Origin: Azolla caroliniana
Taxonomy: Eukaryota > Plantae > Polypodiophyta
Reading direction: 5' to 3'
Assembly: GCA_043228905.1 (NCBI GenBank)
Contig: JBHGNT010000018.1
Coordinates: forward strand, 930,001-994,000
Length of the DNA: 64,000 nt
How positions within the stretch are numbered: the stretch's first letter is position 1; the number at the start of each line of letters is the position of its first letter. Below the pieces are notes generated by a model. The model made no database searches. It was not told where the DNA came from and saw only the letters and a list, made by a program, of their open reading frames with translations. The position numbers were made by a program, and so were the translations under genes. Below, piece after piece: positions 1-14,675 of the stretch.

Positions 1-278
1 TTCTTTTAACTTACATTTTACAAACACTATTCAGTATTTATTCACCTTTTGACAAGTATTTCTAATCAAGGGCAGAAATAAACTAAAGATTCATTCAAAG
101 TAAAGGCATCATAAAACATGCGCATCAGTGAAGAGAATCTGATGCTCACATGAGCACATCCTAAAAAAATCAGCAACATGCCTGACCAACTGGAGTATTA
201 CCTCACAATATTTGATGCCAGATAGCAGCCCAAAAAAGATCACGTTATTGCTAATACAAAAAAAAAATTTGGACATAC

Positions 279-3200
279 CTTACTGGACAATAATGTGGAA
301 GTTTATCCAAAATTTCCAGTTCTTCGAGTGTGATCTGATCGATCTTGTTCACCACATAAATACAAGGCATGTATATCCTATTGCCCTCAATCACATCAAT
401 CAAATCATCTGCAGTTGCATCATAGCGTAGAGAAACATCGGCATTATGGATTCTGTACTCTCCACAAATAGCCTTCACAGTGTCTAAATCTAGATGTGTT
501 GGAGTCACAGTAGAGTTGAAGTTGATGCCACCCTTCTCCTTCCTCCTGAATGTCAGATTAGGTGGAGTGGCATTCAGCCTGTAAAAGAGATGAACTAACT
601 TCTATGTTAGAACTACCCTTGTGTTAGATGGACAAGTCTTGCAGATGAAGTACAGATTTTAGACAGACATCATTTCCAAACCTAATGCCAAATCCTTCTA
701 GCTCCTTTTCTATCAGACGTTTGTGCGTGATCGGCTTAATAGCATCCAATACAATCAATATGCAATTGCAAGTTCTTGCCGTGCTGATAACCTATTATAT
801 CAAAAGATAGCAAATTAGGTACCTCTTGATTTTAGAATGTAACCAGAATGGCATTGCTTTATTTGACAGCTGGGCCTCACCTGCCGACCTCGGCCCTTGC
901 CATCTTTTGCACCTTCAATGATACCTGGAAGATCAAGAAGCTGCAGAGTAGCAACACATTATTGCATCATCAGATCAACTCAATCATAAGAATCTAGAGG
1001 TTGCTGGAAGAACTATTAATTTACTAAACTACTGAAAAATGACAGTGCAGACTGTTTGGCTGTGCCATTCAGGTTTTCTGATAGATTTATGAATCCTGTA
1101 GAATCGGAATATAATAGATATAAAATTTTCGTATTCTGCAAGTGTTATAAACAAAATGGGATATGATTGATGCAGATTCCAGCTTCTCAACTACTCTGAA
1201 CGTGCAACATTAGAATCCATTTCAGATGCAAGACACTTATATATGAGCAAAACTATGAAGTGCAATTTGTCTTGAAAATCAAAAGGATTGTTGCAGCAAG
1301 GTTTTCTAAAAACAAGCACAACTAAGGGTATGCCAGTTATCCTACAGAACATCAAAAAAATAGTGAGAAAACTTGACAGATTTGTTCACGTGATCGTCAA
1401 CTGGTTATATATTATTGCAAGCTGCAATTATGTGGTCAGGATAAATTAATAAAGAATTAATTACTGAATATGCAATCAATATTAGTAAAGATTATTAATA
1501 TTATCTCTTAATAGCTTCACGGTCTACCATGCAATGATTATGTTAATTTGGGTTTTTTGTCCATGGAGAAATTTGATGTTAATACTGAATGCTATTATGT
1601 ATTTCAATAGTCAAATATGTGCATATGAATTTGCAGTTTTTTTCTAATTGATGAGTAAAATGTTACTGATTATACAAGTAAAGGCTTCAAGCAGAATTTG
1701 TAATGCCTAAAGTAGTTTATAAATTTTTCTGTTTTTCTTTTTACTTTCTTCCTCTTTTTACAAAGACTGTAGGAAGCATAGGAAGGGGGCTTCTTTTTAC
1801 AAGGATGGAAGTTTCTCAAAATGTTAAGCCAGCCACTACAATCAGGGTATCACCTTTTCACGTTATTAGTCCCTTCTTTTTCAACAAAAAATGTAAGAAA
1901 ATTGTTGAAAACCTGGAGCTTGGCACCACGATAGTTGATGACACCAGGAATACAGGTCAAGGTTGTGAACTCGTATGATGCTACCTGCATCCAAGAACTC
2001 TCTTTTAAAACTGTATGCTGAAATGTGACATCTTATATAGAAACGATTCCAGAAATTTTAGTGTCAAGAAAATAATACATAGGACGTACAAAATAGACTG
2101 TTTAAGTAATGCCTAAACACAAACAAATAAAGCTGACGTTGAAGATTTGATCAAGCTAAAAATGTAAGAAACTTCTAATTGGTATTTAACCATAAAAGAA
2201 GTGAAAACATACCTAGCAACCATAGTTATTAAAGACACGTATTTTATGTGTAGAATACATTTTATAATATCTGAAGTATTTAACACACTCTAGATCTTAG
2301 AACTGCCATTTTCAAAATGTTTCACATATTCTACGTATTTAACAAGTATTTAATGTTTCCAAAAAAGTGAATAAAATAAAATAATAATTTGGCCCAAAAA
2401 CAATTGTTAGAAGCAATAGAATACGTATTTAACATATTCTATATATTTGATTTCTTTAACATACTTTATCTCTTGAATACCTATTCTAAGTATTTCAAAA
2501 AAAAGGTAGAATATTTTTAGAATACATAGCATACTATTGCATGCAACATACTCTACAACTACGCTAGGATCAAAAGGAACAATACCATTCACCAGAACTC
2601 TGCAAGAGACTCCTATATTCTATTCATCATATAATCTAGTATCAAACCCCCCCCCCCCCAATTCATTGCTCGTTAGTAACACATACCTTATTCATTTTCT
2701 TAATCACTTCCAAACCAATATAGGAAAAGGCAAAGCACACTGAGGAATGCAGAAACTCAATTATGTTTTGAGGAATATTTTATGCACAGAAATATATTAA
2801 TTAAGTTTCTTCTAAATTGTTAATAAACACATCTTTTATGTGTAGAATACGTTTTAGAATACTCTGAAGTATTTAACACATATATTTTCGAACAGCCATT
2901 TCAAAAGGTTTCATGGATTCTACATATTTAGCAAGTATTTAACGTTTCCAAAAAAAATTAAATATATTTAAAATTTGGCCAGAAAACAATTGCTAGATAC
3001 GATACAAATATAAAAGGTATTTAACGTATTCTATGTGTATTTAATCTTTAGAATACGTATTCTAAGATTTTTAAAAGAAGGTAGCATACATATTGTATGC
3101 TAAGAATTCTACAATGATGGTTTCTTGAATAATCAAATTCACAGGAACATATTGGAAATGTCATGGCTCTCTATGTTTTGTAGGTTTTCTGCAAAGAGCA

Positions 3201-5448
3201 TATGTTTTTACCTCTGAGAAGGTGCCTGTAAGTTTGTTTAGAAGAGTTGATTTGCCAACTGATGGAAAGCCAACAAGTCCTACTCTGGAATCTCCACTTT
3301 TTGTCACATCAAATCCTTCACCTGCACCACCACCACCACCCTTTGATGGAGGTGCCAAAATTTCCCTTCGTAGTTTGGCAAGTTTTGCCTGAAATAGGAC
3401 AAATTGAGCATATAAGCTAAAACCAATCAGAATTTACATTTGTGCAAAATCAAGTTAATGAATTGAAGAAAAAAATATTGTAAAAACTTTCTTTCACCTT
3501 CAAAAGACCCAAATGATGAGCTGTGGCCTTATTTTTTTGGGTCCTGGCCATCTGAAGAAAAAAAAATTGAATAGGGTTATAAACTCAAATTATGAAGAAA
3601 AGTATGCTAGGTTGATGCTCTTTTCAAGAATATTTCAAGAACAGAATTTCTTGTATAATCTAACGTCAAGTATACCATAAATATTCAGCAACTGGCAATT
3701 TACGACCCTATGGTAGTGCCAAATTGCAATCTTAATAGTCCAAGAAAAAATATGGATTTTCCAACTGTACGATTCGATTATGGAGAATATTTGCAGAGAT
3801 CCAGTCCATAGCCCTCCTAGTAGCATACTATATGCCTGTCTGTATCTCTAGAATCTATGTTGGCAGCGAGGGGGGGTTGTACACTTTAACCTTTCCTAGT
3901 AGTAGCTCTTCTCTGGATCTTTCTAGGGATATTCTTCTTACTTGTACAAGCGTTATACTTTGATCTTTTGGACTTAAGGCCACTTGGACATTTTTAACCT
4001 GTTCATGTTGTCCAAGTGGCTAAAGTGTCCACGTTAAAAAAGTGATATCCCAAAACCCTGGCTTTGGGGTAGAACTTGTATGAGCTCTCTCTGTCTCTCT
4101 TAGCTTGTCTATATCATTGCTCTCACTCATGTACACCTAGTTTGTCTACGCTCTCCGCCTCCTTTCAGTCTGTGCTTAATTAAATGATCTAGAGACATGT
4201 ACACATTACCATGCACTTAACAGCTAATTCAACTAAAATGGAACTTGGAATCAAAAGATGAAAGATGAACAATATGTACAGATAAAAAACAGGAACCAGC
4301 CGCAAAGGAATATGAAGACTTCCTGATTGGCTCAAGTTCCTTGCAATCCAAACAGCAGTGCATCATCTTCTTGGCTATGAGTATTGATACATCTAAAGTT
4401 AACTCCTTCTAATCTTTAGTCTTTTGTAGCTACTACCATAGCATTTCCAATGTAGGGGTTAAATTCTTCTAATTCATATTGTTTGCATGTATCTAAATAT
4501 ATTCAGATGATGGTGACACATTAGCTTTGTTCCACGTGCTTTGGAGACTCGGATAATTGCATACAACAATTTGGTCCTATATATCTTCAAAGTTCAAGGT
4601 ATTCATTGGACATAAAATATTATTATTTCGTGTGCTTTGCAGATTGACACAATTATGTGGATCAGTTTGTTCTTATATAGTATCAGGTTATACTATGGAT
4701 ATATGATATAATTTTTTCATGTGCCTTGCAGGTTTAGATGATTATGTGTATCAGTTAGCTCGTTTATACCATTAAGAACAGTAGTATAACCATAAAAGCA
4801 GCGCATTAAATGAGACTACATGATGTATCTTTGGCAAAAAGATGTCACAAACAGATGATTACACGTGCTGAGACCATTATTATTGCTTCTTCATAATGCT
4901 CTAATATGCTGCTAACAAGTTTCTGTTGAGACTGTAAGGCGATTTGTCAAATTTTTCATTTAGCTTCAGATCAAATTTCCTCACAATTTCATTTCACTTC
5001 TTGAATGGAAAGGAAACTTGACCAATTACTAAAGGAGACTATTTTCCTGCAATTCAGGATCCATAAGAAACTACAACTATTTGCTCATCTTTCCGAGACA
5101 GTTATCCCGCACAAATCTTGAGATCTCTCTCAATTGTAAGTAAATGAAACCTTGTATGGTAGCAAAATGCAGAAAGAAAACGTACTTATTCGAGAATTAA
5201 TTCACAAATTCTCTTCAGTTTGGATGCTTCTTTCGTAAAAAGTGCTAAAGAAATCGAAAGCAAAAAAAAAACAGAGAAGAGAAGAAACGAAATAAATCTC
5301 AGAATCTCATGGAAACTTTACCTATAACGCTAGCTGGAAATTTTAAAAAACATCAAACGAAAAAGAATAGAAAAAAGCAGAAACTGAAGAGAATATTGCG
5401 ACTGACCTCGTCTTCGATGTCTTTGATCTTCTGCATGACGGTGGCCAT
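279..5448 (-). CDS. DRG1: Developmentally regulated GTP-binding protein (OBG/DRG family, DRG1-type; Arabidopsis DRG3-like); 3' exons lie beyond the window's left edge
   Basis: GT-AG exons 5448-5407, 3551-3498, 3388-3212, 1984-1913, 940-881, 791-682 and 578-279 join in frame: [41 protein letters not shown]...GFPSVGKST (G1)...YEFTTL (G2)...DLPG (G3)...NKID (G4). The TGS-domain C-terminus is not in the window. Confidence 0.95.
2190..3115. mobile_element. Two tandem copies of an AT-rich dispersed (MITE-like) repeat in DRG intron 3
   Basis: Blocks ~2230-2550 and ~2830-3110 share long motifs (ttttatgtgtagaatac...ctgaagtatttaacaca; attctac(g/a)tattta(a/g)caagtatttaa). A reverse-complement copy lies at ~53350-53480. 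TIRs and TSD were not resolved. Confidence 0.5.
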
Positions 5449-5689
5449 GGCGCCGGATCACGTCTGCTTCGATATGCTTTCTTCCTTTCTTTCTTCTGCT
5501 TCTCGACGAGGAAAAAAATGGGGGGCAACAAAACAAAGAGAGAGGAGAGGGTTCTGGAGCTTCTGCAGTTTTTATTGATTTCCTATTGATACCCTCCTCC
5601 ATCTCTTCCCAGTTTTTACCAAAAAGAAACAAACAAAAATACCCCAATGTATTATTTCTCAAAAATTCTCGAGCTAATATAGTGAAAGC

Positions 5690-5900
5690 AAGACACTAGC
5701 TAAGTTGTTGGCGTGGCCCGAACACACTAGCTTGTTGGCTTGACCTGACCTGACCTGACATGGTGGCGTGGCCCGAACACACTAGCTTGTCGGCTTGACC
5801 TGGCTTAACCCGACCTGGCCATGAGACATGCTAGTTGAGTTGTTGACTTGACCTGACTTGGCCTAGCGTAGCTTGGCCTGAGCTGTTGTCGACCTTGCTA
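5690..5900. repeat. Short tandem repeats in the DRG/ROS3 divergent intergenic region
   Basis: tggcgtggcccgaacacactagcttg occurs twice, and (tgacc)n runs are interspersed. Confidence 0.7.
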
Positions 5901-6084
5901 TCACTCTCCACGTTCTTTTTATAAACCTTCTTCTCTTTGTATATTTCTCAATAAATATATGGCTAGCGTATATTTGAAAGCACGCACTAATTTAGTTGTT
6001 GTCTTGCCTTGGCTTGTTGTCGAGCCGGACCCCGTTGTTATTCTCTTCACTTATTTATTAGTGGTAATTAGTTTACCTTAGTGA

Positions 6085-6215
6085 TAATTTGTTAAATTAT
6101 TCACTCTATATCTTGGGTTCAAAACTCAAATTTCTCACCTCGTTATTACTCTATATATATCCTCTAAATATACTAGATGCCATCGTGGAATGTAGGGGTT
6201 GAACCCATGACCTTC
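6085..6215 (-). mobile_element. tRNA-derived SINE-like element, 5'-truncated copy
   Basis: The reverse strand reads gaaggtcatgGGTTCAACCCctacattccacgatggcatctag...gaggtgagaaatttg...gaacccaaga. It has a B-box and aligns with the copies at 43317 and 43541. Confidence 0.6.
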
Positions 6216-7104
6216 TCTCTCTCCCTCTCTTTAAAAGAAGTCACCAAGAACTTCCACACTCTCTCTTGGAGTCATCTCATGTATCTTTAGATGTGCTCCC
6301 TCCCAAAACTAACATTGCTTTGTGGATAATTAATTGGATTGTTTGGGCATGAAAGTGTACATATTGACCATAACACGAGTAAACCTTGTATTGGAGAACA
6401 AGTAAAGCATGGATAGGATCCTTAAAACATAGTATATTCGATATATAAATGCCAATATACTTGAAGGAGTTTGTCATGGTCATAGATTCTCCATGTTGGG
6501 TAAAGCTTAGATAAATCTTTTGTTACTTTGTTGAAGTTTAGGAAGCAACGGTACCACATTTGGGCTTTAGCATGGCCAAATGTTTTTTAGTGATGTCCCC
6601 ATGTTTGAAATAAATTCAACTAGAAATAGTATGGTTGAACATTGTTTGCTAGGGTTTAGGGTTTCTTTGTTTTTTAATGAAATTCTCGTCATAATCCTTT
6701 TCGGAGGCTTCCTTCCACGTATTGCAATACTTTGGTCTAGTGTTGCGAGCTAAAAACCTCAATTAAACTTTTCAAGCAATCTTGACATCGGTTTCCAAAC
6801 ATGCAAATTAGAAATTTATTCTCGTCATTAGGTCTCTCTTTACCATCGGATTGGATGTTGGGCACAATAGATCATTTAGGTATCTCAAAATTATTTGAAC
6901 GATTTGGTTGGCTTATTTTATTCAATTACTTTCTAAGACACAGATTGATTGTCCTAAATCCAATGAAAAAAAATTCCACTCAGATGAATTGCTTCATTGT
7001 TGGGCAACTGTCCTGTGTTGGATCCAAGTAGAGAGAGTGACACAAACGTAGAAATATTAGGAATTCCAAATGCTCTCGGAAGAGGCAAGGCAGCAAAAGG
7101 AACG

Positions 7105-7235
7105 TCAGGGGTATTTTAGGGAAATAAAATAAACACAGGGGCATTCTGGGAATTAAAGAAAACGAAAAGGGCATTTCAGGGAAATAAAGAAAATGGAGGG
7201 GTATTCGGGGAAATAAAGAAAACTCAGGGGCAATA
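7105..7235 (+). repeat. ~30-bp degenerate tandem repeat (4 copies) just upstream of the ROS3 start
   Basis: A unit resembling ggg(c/t)attt(c/t)(a/g)gggaaataaagaaaa recurs about every 30 nt. Confidence 0.7.
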
Positions 7236-7276
7236 TGCATAGTCTGAGTTCACTAGCGGCAGAGACGAACAGAGAG

Positions 7277-10022
7277 ATGGAACAGAGGAATGACAGTGAA
7301 GATGGAGAGGAATCAGTGAGGATCCATGTCGGAGGTCTCGGTCCCTCTGTCATCTCTAGTGACCTTATGCAGACCTTCTCTTCCATAGCCACGGTTTCCT
7401 CCCTCGATATCATTCGCACCAAAGGCCGCAACTTCGCTTATATCACGTTCCGCTCTCCATCCCCACAGGCAATTAAACGCATCTTCACCTTGGTAAGTCC
7501 TTTTTCCATCCTGTTCTCTCCTTCTGTCTGTCTCTTGTCTCAAAGAATATTGCAAAACCAGAAGGAAAAATCACATTGTTTCCCCATGAATTTGAGGAAG
7601 GCAAAACTGCCAATATTCTTCGAACTGTGAACAACATTGGTAGGTTGGCCTCTGTATTGTGCGATAAGAATTTCACTAGGTTTTGTTGTTTTCACTACGA
7701 TAAGGCAATCTCGATCAAGAACCTGCTTACTTCACAGAAAACGTGTAACTTATCACTCAGTCTAATAGTGACATGTGCTCTATTTTGTAGTCAACATCAT
7801 TTATAAGTAGCTGTAGTAATGAAAATGCCTCAATCGTTGAACCGAGCAGCTTTCACACTTAGATGATCTCGATAAAGCCCAAAATTTGCATGTTATTGTG
7901 TGACTCTCGATGTTTGGAATAGTACTTTAGAAAACTCAATTGCTATTCTGAGTTGGGATATTTTTACTTCTTCATATAGACATGTTACTGTAACCATCAA
8001 TGCTGAAACCTCCAAAGATTATAATGACGAAAGCATGTCAAAAAGAAAATTTAAAATTTTCGAAGCAGCAGCAATGTGTTTGCCCTTGAAGTTTTCTTTG
8101 TTCTTTGAGTACTCGAGTGTGTTTGAAGCATTGTATGAAGCATCAAGCTGATTTGTTTCACCTGTGGTGTATCAATCTGATTTGGTTCATCCATGACGCA
8201 TCAATCTGATTTTGTTAGCTCATTTTTTCAAGTATGTTCATGTATTTCTTTTAGTATATACCTTGAAATGCTCACATGATTCATTAATCTGATTAAAGTC
8301 CTGCAATGATATCTAATTACGTGAATTGTATTGTAAAGTAAATGTCAAGTTACATTTAATGTTTATATAGGCCAGTAACTTCTCTTAGAAGCCATCATCA
8401 ACTTTAAAGGAACCATCATGGATCATGAAATCATCCTGCTCTTTATTGGAAAACTTACTCATTTAGGCATGCAACTTGTAAATGTGCAAATTCCTGTATG
8501 CGTATGGATGATTTTTATCCTTCTTCAGTACAATGGATGCGTATGGAAAGGAGGACGTCTTAAGTTGGAAAAGGCGAAACAATTTTACCTAGACAAACTG
8601 CGTCAGGAGTGGGAAGAACGTGATCTTTTGAATGAAAAAGAAGAGACAGAGGCTTCAAGAACTTCTTCCATAACTCAGACCAAGGGCTTACCGCAGCTTG
8701 ATCAATCTCGAGACCTTGAAATTTATTTTCCAGGATTAAGGAAGGTAACATAAAGGTTTTTGTTATATTTTTTATCATATTCTGGAAATTTAACATTACA
8801 TAAAACGTGTACGTTTGCATATGGATGTCTGGTTCTTATTACTTCTGCTTTTCTGTAGGATTTCTTTTGCACTAGATTGATTATATCTATTTGACGTTCT
8901 GGCTTACATCTACATACATCATGCATGCAAAGATGATGAAAACTATTAGGGTAAAGCAAAACAGCTATGATATTTGCTCATGATAAAGGTGAATTATTAG
9001 ATACATGATAAGTTGGTCAGTTCAAGGATGGGGTCTTATAAAAGGCTTACATTAACACCCTTCTTTACAAAGGTTCAATAATGTGGCAAGCATGCAGATA
9101 GCAAATGCCAGGATGATTGTCGGTTTTGACATATTTATATGCTGTTTATGGTTTACATCTTGTCCAGCAGACTCAATTTGTTCTATAATCTCCATCTCAT
9201 TGTAATCTAGTATCGTTTTATTGTTTAATTGTATCATTATTTCATTTCAGGTGAAGAAGATTCCGGTGAAGGGACTGGGAAAGCACAAACGCAGCTTTGA
9301 GCGTGTTGATCCACTGCCATGTTCTCTTTTAGAACTTTGCATTGGTGATGGAGATTGCAAGAGTGCTTTGTCAATCCAAGGTGACATGTAAAAAATATTT
9401 AACATGTTAATTAGATCTGAATGTGATTCAAAACACAAAGGAGAGTAGGTCCAAAACCACATATATGAAGGGAAGATAGAAGTAAAACTCGAAATTTAAT
9501 TTAGGAGTTTCTTCTCATTGGTTCTTTCTTGGTGCTTCAGGTATAGACAAGAAAAACACAGAAATAACGATGAAAGATGCTGACAAGATTAATCAATTTA
9601 AGAAAAACTCACAAAGAAAGAGAAGGGAGATGTCTGAAATGGAGACACAAATGATTGATATAGATGAAAAAGACAAATCTCCTTCAAGAAAGAGAATGAA
9701 GTTTTCCAGAGAGAAACAACCAGCAAACGTGAAATATGAATCTCAAGACCAGCTACGACTGAATATAACAAAGGAATCTACAAAGGAGGTACAAGAATGT
9801 CCCAGAAAAGAGAGTTTCACGCCAGAAAAGAAGGTGACTTTTGACTTGCAATCGAACAATGAGATAACAAATGATAAAGCCAGAGAAACTCCTGATACAA
9901 ACATGGTTAGAAGAGAGAACAACGAGCTGAGTAACTCAGATGCTGCAAACTGGTTTCAAAAAGGATCTTGGAAATCTCTTGTCGGGCAAACAGGGCGTAT
10001 TTCTTTCAGTGTGCTAGGTTGA
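7277..10022 (+). CDS. ROS3: RRM-domain protein REPRESSOR OF SILENCING 3-like (NOL8-related)
   Basis: Exons 7277-7492, 8529-8744, 9251-9380 and 9541-10022 are in frame; an in-frame upstream ATG at 7235 is an alternative start. Diagnostic motifs: VRIHVGGLG, RTKGRNFAY, YNGCVWKGGRLKLEKAK, IYFPGLRKVK...GKHK and C-terminal WFQKGSWKSLVG...SFSV, as recalled from plant ROS3. Confidence 0.85.
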
Positions 10023-13000
10023 TGCAGTTAGGTCAACATCGCTAGTTGAGCTAATATGAGCTTGCTTTAGGATTTATGACATTGCTTTTATTGAATCAGT
10101 CTAGAAAATCAGGTTTCAACAACACTGACATCATAGGTGTTCCAACAAACATAGCCGTTCTGACAATGTAGGTGTTACTGACAATTAGTGGTCTCAAATA
10201 CCACTTCCACAAAATCAGATAAATTGGGGTTGGAGAGTCGACAATGGCTGTCAAAAGGAACACGGACCTCATAAAGATGCATGGAGTTGTTTGAAGATTC
10301 TACACACTAAACAAAAATACTGTTTAGTCCACTATATTCAATCCCTTCCCTGAATGTTAATCAACTATGAACTTGCCTATGAATTAAATGATTTTGGATA
10401 GCATGACCTTAATGCAGAAGTATTTTACCAGTTATTAATCTGCTGTGAATGCTCTCAATGACTTCTTTGGTTGTTAGCGTCAATGCCCTAAACAACTGAG
10501 AATATTCTGCAAGGCCAAATTTCACCATTTCATTGACATTTATTGAAATCGTGAGGGTGAATTTTCTCCAGTCACTACTTCTTTGTTGATGTTATTTTCT
10601 CATTATTGTTTACTTCGCTGCAATTTTCTCATGCAAGATCCGGAGAGGAGAAACATGGAATATGAAATTTGTATGCAAAGTGTTCCTAATTTCTATATAT
10701 TGTCTTGTTGTGTTCAAGCTGCTTTGTTTGTTTAAACAAATTGGGTGAATGACTCTTAATTGTTGGATATATTTTACCAATTTCTTGATTGAGAGCTCAT
10801 AAATAAAATAAACATTGAAGGAAGGTACAGAAATTCTCTTGAAGATCCAATGTTCTCTTGTCTAACCATTCTTGATATTCATTGTTGCACATATTCACAT
10901 TGTTTTTGCTAGACATGGGAAAGGAACTAGGGACTTCGTCCAAGACAACTATGTAGATGTACTCCAACCATATTGAAATTGTAGTACTATTACAGCCATG
11001 CATACCCAACACACACCCTCCTTAGCACCTATGGTTGTGATATTGATATTGAGAATGTAGCATGGAGAGGACTAGTGCAAACAACATCTGCACTATTTTT
11101 GTTAATTAGAATATTGGGGATGAAGAACGTTTGCACTTCTCCTCTGAGGATTTGAGAACAACTCATACTATGATGTGAATAAGTCATGACCATTGGAGAA
11201 TGCTTCCCACCATCAAAATTGGTATATGTTCAACCAAAGTGTAGACTAATGCAAATACTATAGTTGAGGAATCTTACTAGGATCATATTCTAACTAGCAA
11301 CTAGATGAACCAACCTATTTATATGTGTAATAACTCCATTGTTGGATGTTGCGAAAGCTTATGTGCCGTGACTTAAGCCAGTGTGTGGACATTACTTCCA
11401 AGAAAGAGAGAATTTATGAATGCTTTTTTCCCCGAAAGGTTAAGAAAGCAAACAAAGTTAAATTTTAAGTAATTTCATTTGTTCACTTATGAGGCCCAAT
11501 TGACATAATAGAATACAAAGTTCTCATACTTAAGGAAAATGAGATTTATTAGTGATGTGGCCTCACTCTATGCTATTGTATGTAACCCACTCATAAGCAA
11601 AAATTGAATACAAATTTGGGCGAATATTTTGAGTTGAAGTGTGCATATCATATTTAATCTCTCCATTTCTAAGAATTAAGTGAGGTGAAGTATTAAGTGA
11701 TAAATACCTATGTCTATTAAGTCAATTGCATTATACATTATTACAATTCTTAAAAAATATCTTAACTCTTATGTCTTGATACATTCTAATTAGCCATACA
11801 TTATAAGCGGTGGAGTGAATGTGTGCAATGTTTGTGAAAGCTAAATACCTAATTAATTTGTTGGCATATATCAAAGAACAACAAATACACCGTCCAACAA
11901 CTTTGTAGAAACTCTTGCAATGCTCTTTTTAAAGAGGAGGGCCCATAAGAATATCCACAAGCTAAGCATGGCGTCATCTTTGAACCAAGAAGGGAAACTC
12001 TTTTGTAATGTTATTTTTGAGTCATGCGGTCATGTTTTTCGGTTCTTGAGGACATCAGAATATCATTACCATCACCATATCTCTAGCCCTCTATCTCTAT
12101 GTACGCATGACTTTTAGAATTGTGGCGGAATGAACGAAATAGTCTTTGAATGTCTAAATAAAAGGCTAAAAAATAACTCCTAAACAACCATTGAGCTAGA
12201 CTTACTATTGTCTTTTAATGCAAGTTAGGTGTGCACATGGTGTCCCCCACCTATATGTATAATATTACAATATCGTTTTTTGTTATTCCATCGTTTGTAG
12301 GAGATTGACAACTAGTTTTAATAACTATGACATGGAGTGTGACACTGGGACAAGTAACATCCAAGTAACTCTGTCTGTCATATGATGCCATCATCCATGT
12401 GATTAACATGGAACATTAGCTCTTTAACAAAATTGGAGATGCTTCAAATGTAAAGAAAATAGAATCAAGATTTAAAATTTTCTTCAGAAGAAGAGCCTCT
12501 ACACTTTCACGCATATTTAATAAATACATGTGAAGGAAAGCAAAATTAGGCAAACTAAACAAATAGCAAATATATGAAAACTTTCAATACTCACTTTTAA
12601 GGATAATCTCTTCAAAGTTGTTGTAATAAGGTCGTCCATCTAATGGAAATGCATCAAAGATTTATGTAGACAATGCGATAATGGTTTTTAAGTCGATAAG
12701 TATTGTAAATCATTATCGGCCTATTATGTGGATATAATCTATTAGAATATTCAAAATGTTACAAATCATGATCATCGTTAGGAAATCTGGACAAATTTGT
12801 ACGATGTTATGTCAAATCATGTTATAGTATATAACGTTGGAGTTAAGAATGTTGCAATCTAGATCTTTAATGAGGAGCGAGGCGATTTTTTTTTGTTAAA
12901 CGAATATATTCTCAAATTTGTTTGCTACTTACTTAACACACCCATCACTCAAACATCCATGTCCATGCAATCACTCACCCAATATCCTAATGTGTATAGA

Positions 13001-14675
13001 TGTTTATATGCTTAAGAAGCTATTCATACGCATAACAAAATTCCAGGTGCAATATAGTTTTGTCTCATTGAAAAACTATTTAAGACTTCCATCAATTTTG
13101 TTTCCCATCCAAGTCTACGACTTCTCTTTCGGAATTAAATGGTGGTACCCTATTAACTTATTTAATAATCTCATTGTTGACTCGTTAAGGTAAGTTTGAA
13201 ATGTGACAAAACCTCGATTCACCCAAAGACAAGGTAATAACTACTCATTGGTGAAATCTTAATGAGTTGACAAAATCACAAAAAAGGGGCTTAACTTGTG
13301 GCATATATGTGATGGAAGGAATTGATGACAATACAATATAAGCTTGTTTTCGACAATGAACAAATACGGCCAAGAACGATCATTAACCCTATTACCTGGG
13401 GATGGTTCACGTGGGGTACAATGATCTTATAATCGAGGGCACGTTGTATGATAGACCGAAATGAGTTGCACAGGAATATGGTTGACATTCCATATGCCAC
13501 ATGGGGTCCTTTCTCATTGATGAGATATATAGCAAGGGAGACGAATGAAGGAGATTTCGAGTTGTTCTGCGGAGGCCAATGTAAAAAGGCATGGTTTTTA
13601 TGGGATCCATGTCATGTGGCCAATAACATGGCCTATGATTTCATAAGATCGTTCTATATAATTGGGGGGGTGGTAATGGAGCAGATCAATATATATGACG
13701 AGATGAAAGAGCCTTATTGACCATGTGCCCATGGTCTCGACACTCCATGGTCTCGACACTCGGCCAAACATGTCCGTGGTGGTGTCTAAGGGATTCATTC
13801 CCATAGCCCAAGGAGACACATGGGTTCCTTCAACAAGAAGCAAGGAAGGAGATGGACCATGGCCTAATTAATGGCTTTCCTTCAACAAGAAGGAGACATG
13901 GCCATGGCCCACTCACAGACAGAGAGAGAGAGAGAGAGAGAACAGCTTGGCCTTTGAAGCTTTCTCCTTTGAATAGATCTCTGTTTATATATACATAAAA
14001 TATTGAAATAGGTAGATCCAGGGCCGGCACAGCACAGAACAGAGCAGAACAGAACAGAACAGAAGCTCTTCTTTCTCCTCTTCTTCTACATGAAATCAAT
14101 GAGTCTCTGAGAAGCTGGACCTAGAGCCAAATATTTTGTTGAGAAGAAGAGACAGCACCAGCAGCATCAGAGGAAGACGAATAAAGGAAGTAAATTGGTT
14201 TTGCAGATCAGGCAAAAAGGAAAATTTATTTTAAGAGGCCTCAAATCTAGGTTTACAGAGTAAATAAAGCTCCAGAAAAGACTGTTTGTTTAGGGTTACA
14301 GTGAAAGAAAGGTTCAGAATACGGTTACTGTGAGGTTTAGTTAATACTCAGCATTATTGGCTTCTTCTGTAGATCAATTAAGAAAAACATCAGAGAAAGG
14401 CTGCATTTTTTAGGGTTTCCGAAAATAGAGACTATCCAGAATTCGTTTACTCTGCAGATCAAGTAAGAAAGACTATTGCAGTTTTAGTGTTACAGAGAAC
14501 ATATCATACTCCATATATCCGTCACGGATAACCTAAGAGAATATCAGTGAAAAAGACTGAATTTTCAGATTTTCAGAACGAACCCAACTGTGTAAGAAGG
14601 AGAGCCTACATCTTTAGGATCGCAGATAGCAAACCCAATATTCAGACCTTGGTTTCTTATTCTAGGGTTGAAAAT

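Noticed and set aside
10800-13720. Short ORFs as genes or transposase relics
   Set aside because: No convincing motifs or consistent splice structure; probably old TE debris.
14547-14675. N-terminal extension of the DUF810 ORF from a GTG start
   Set aside because: Non-ATG start; family similarity begins after the ATG at 14676.
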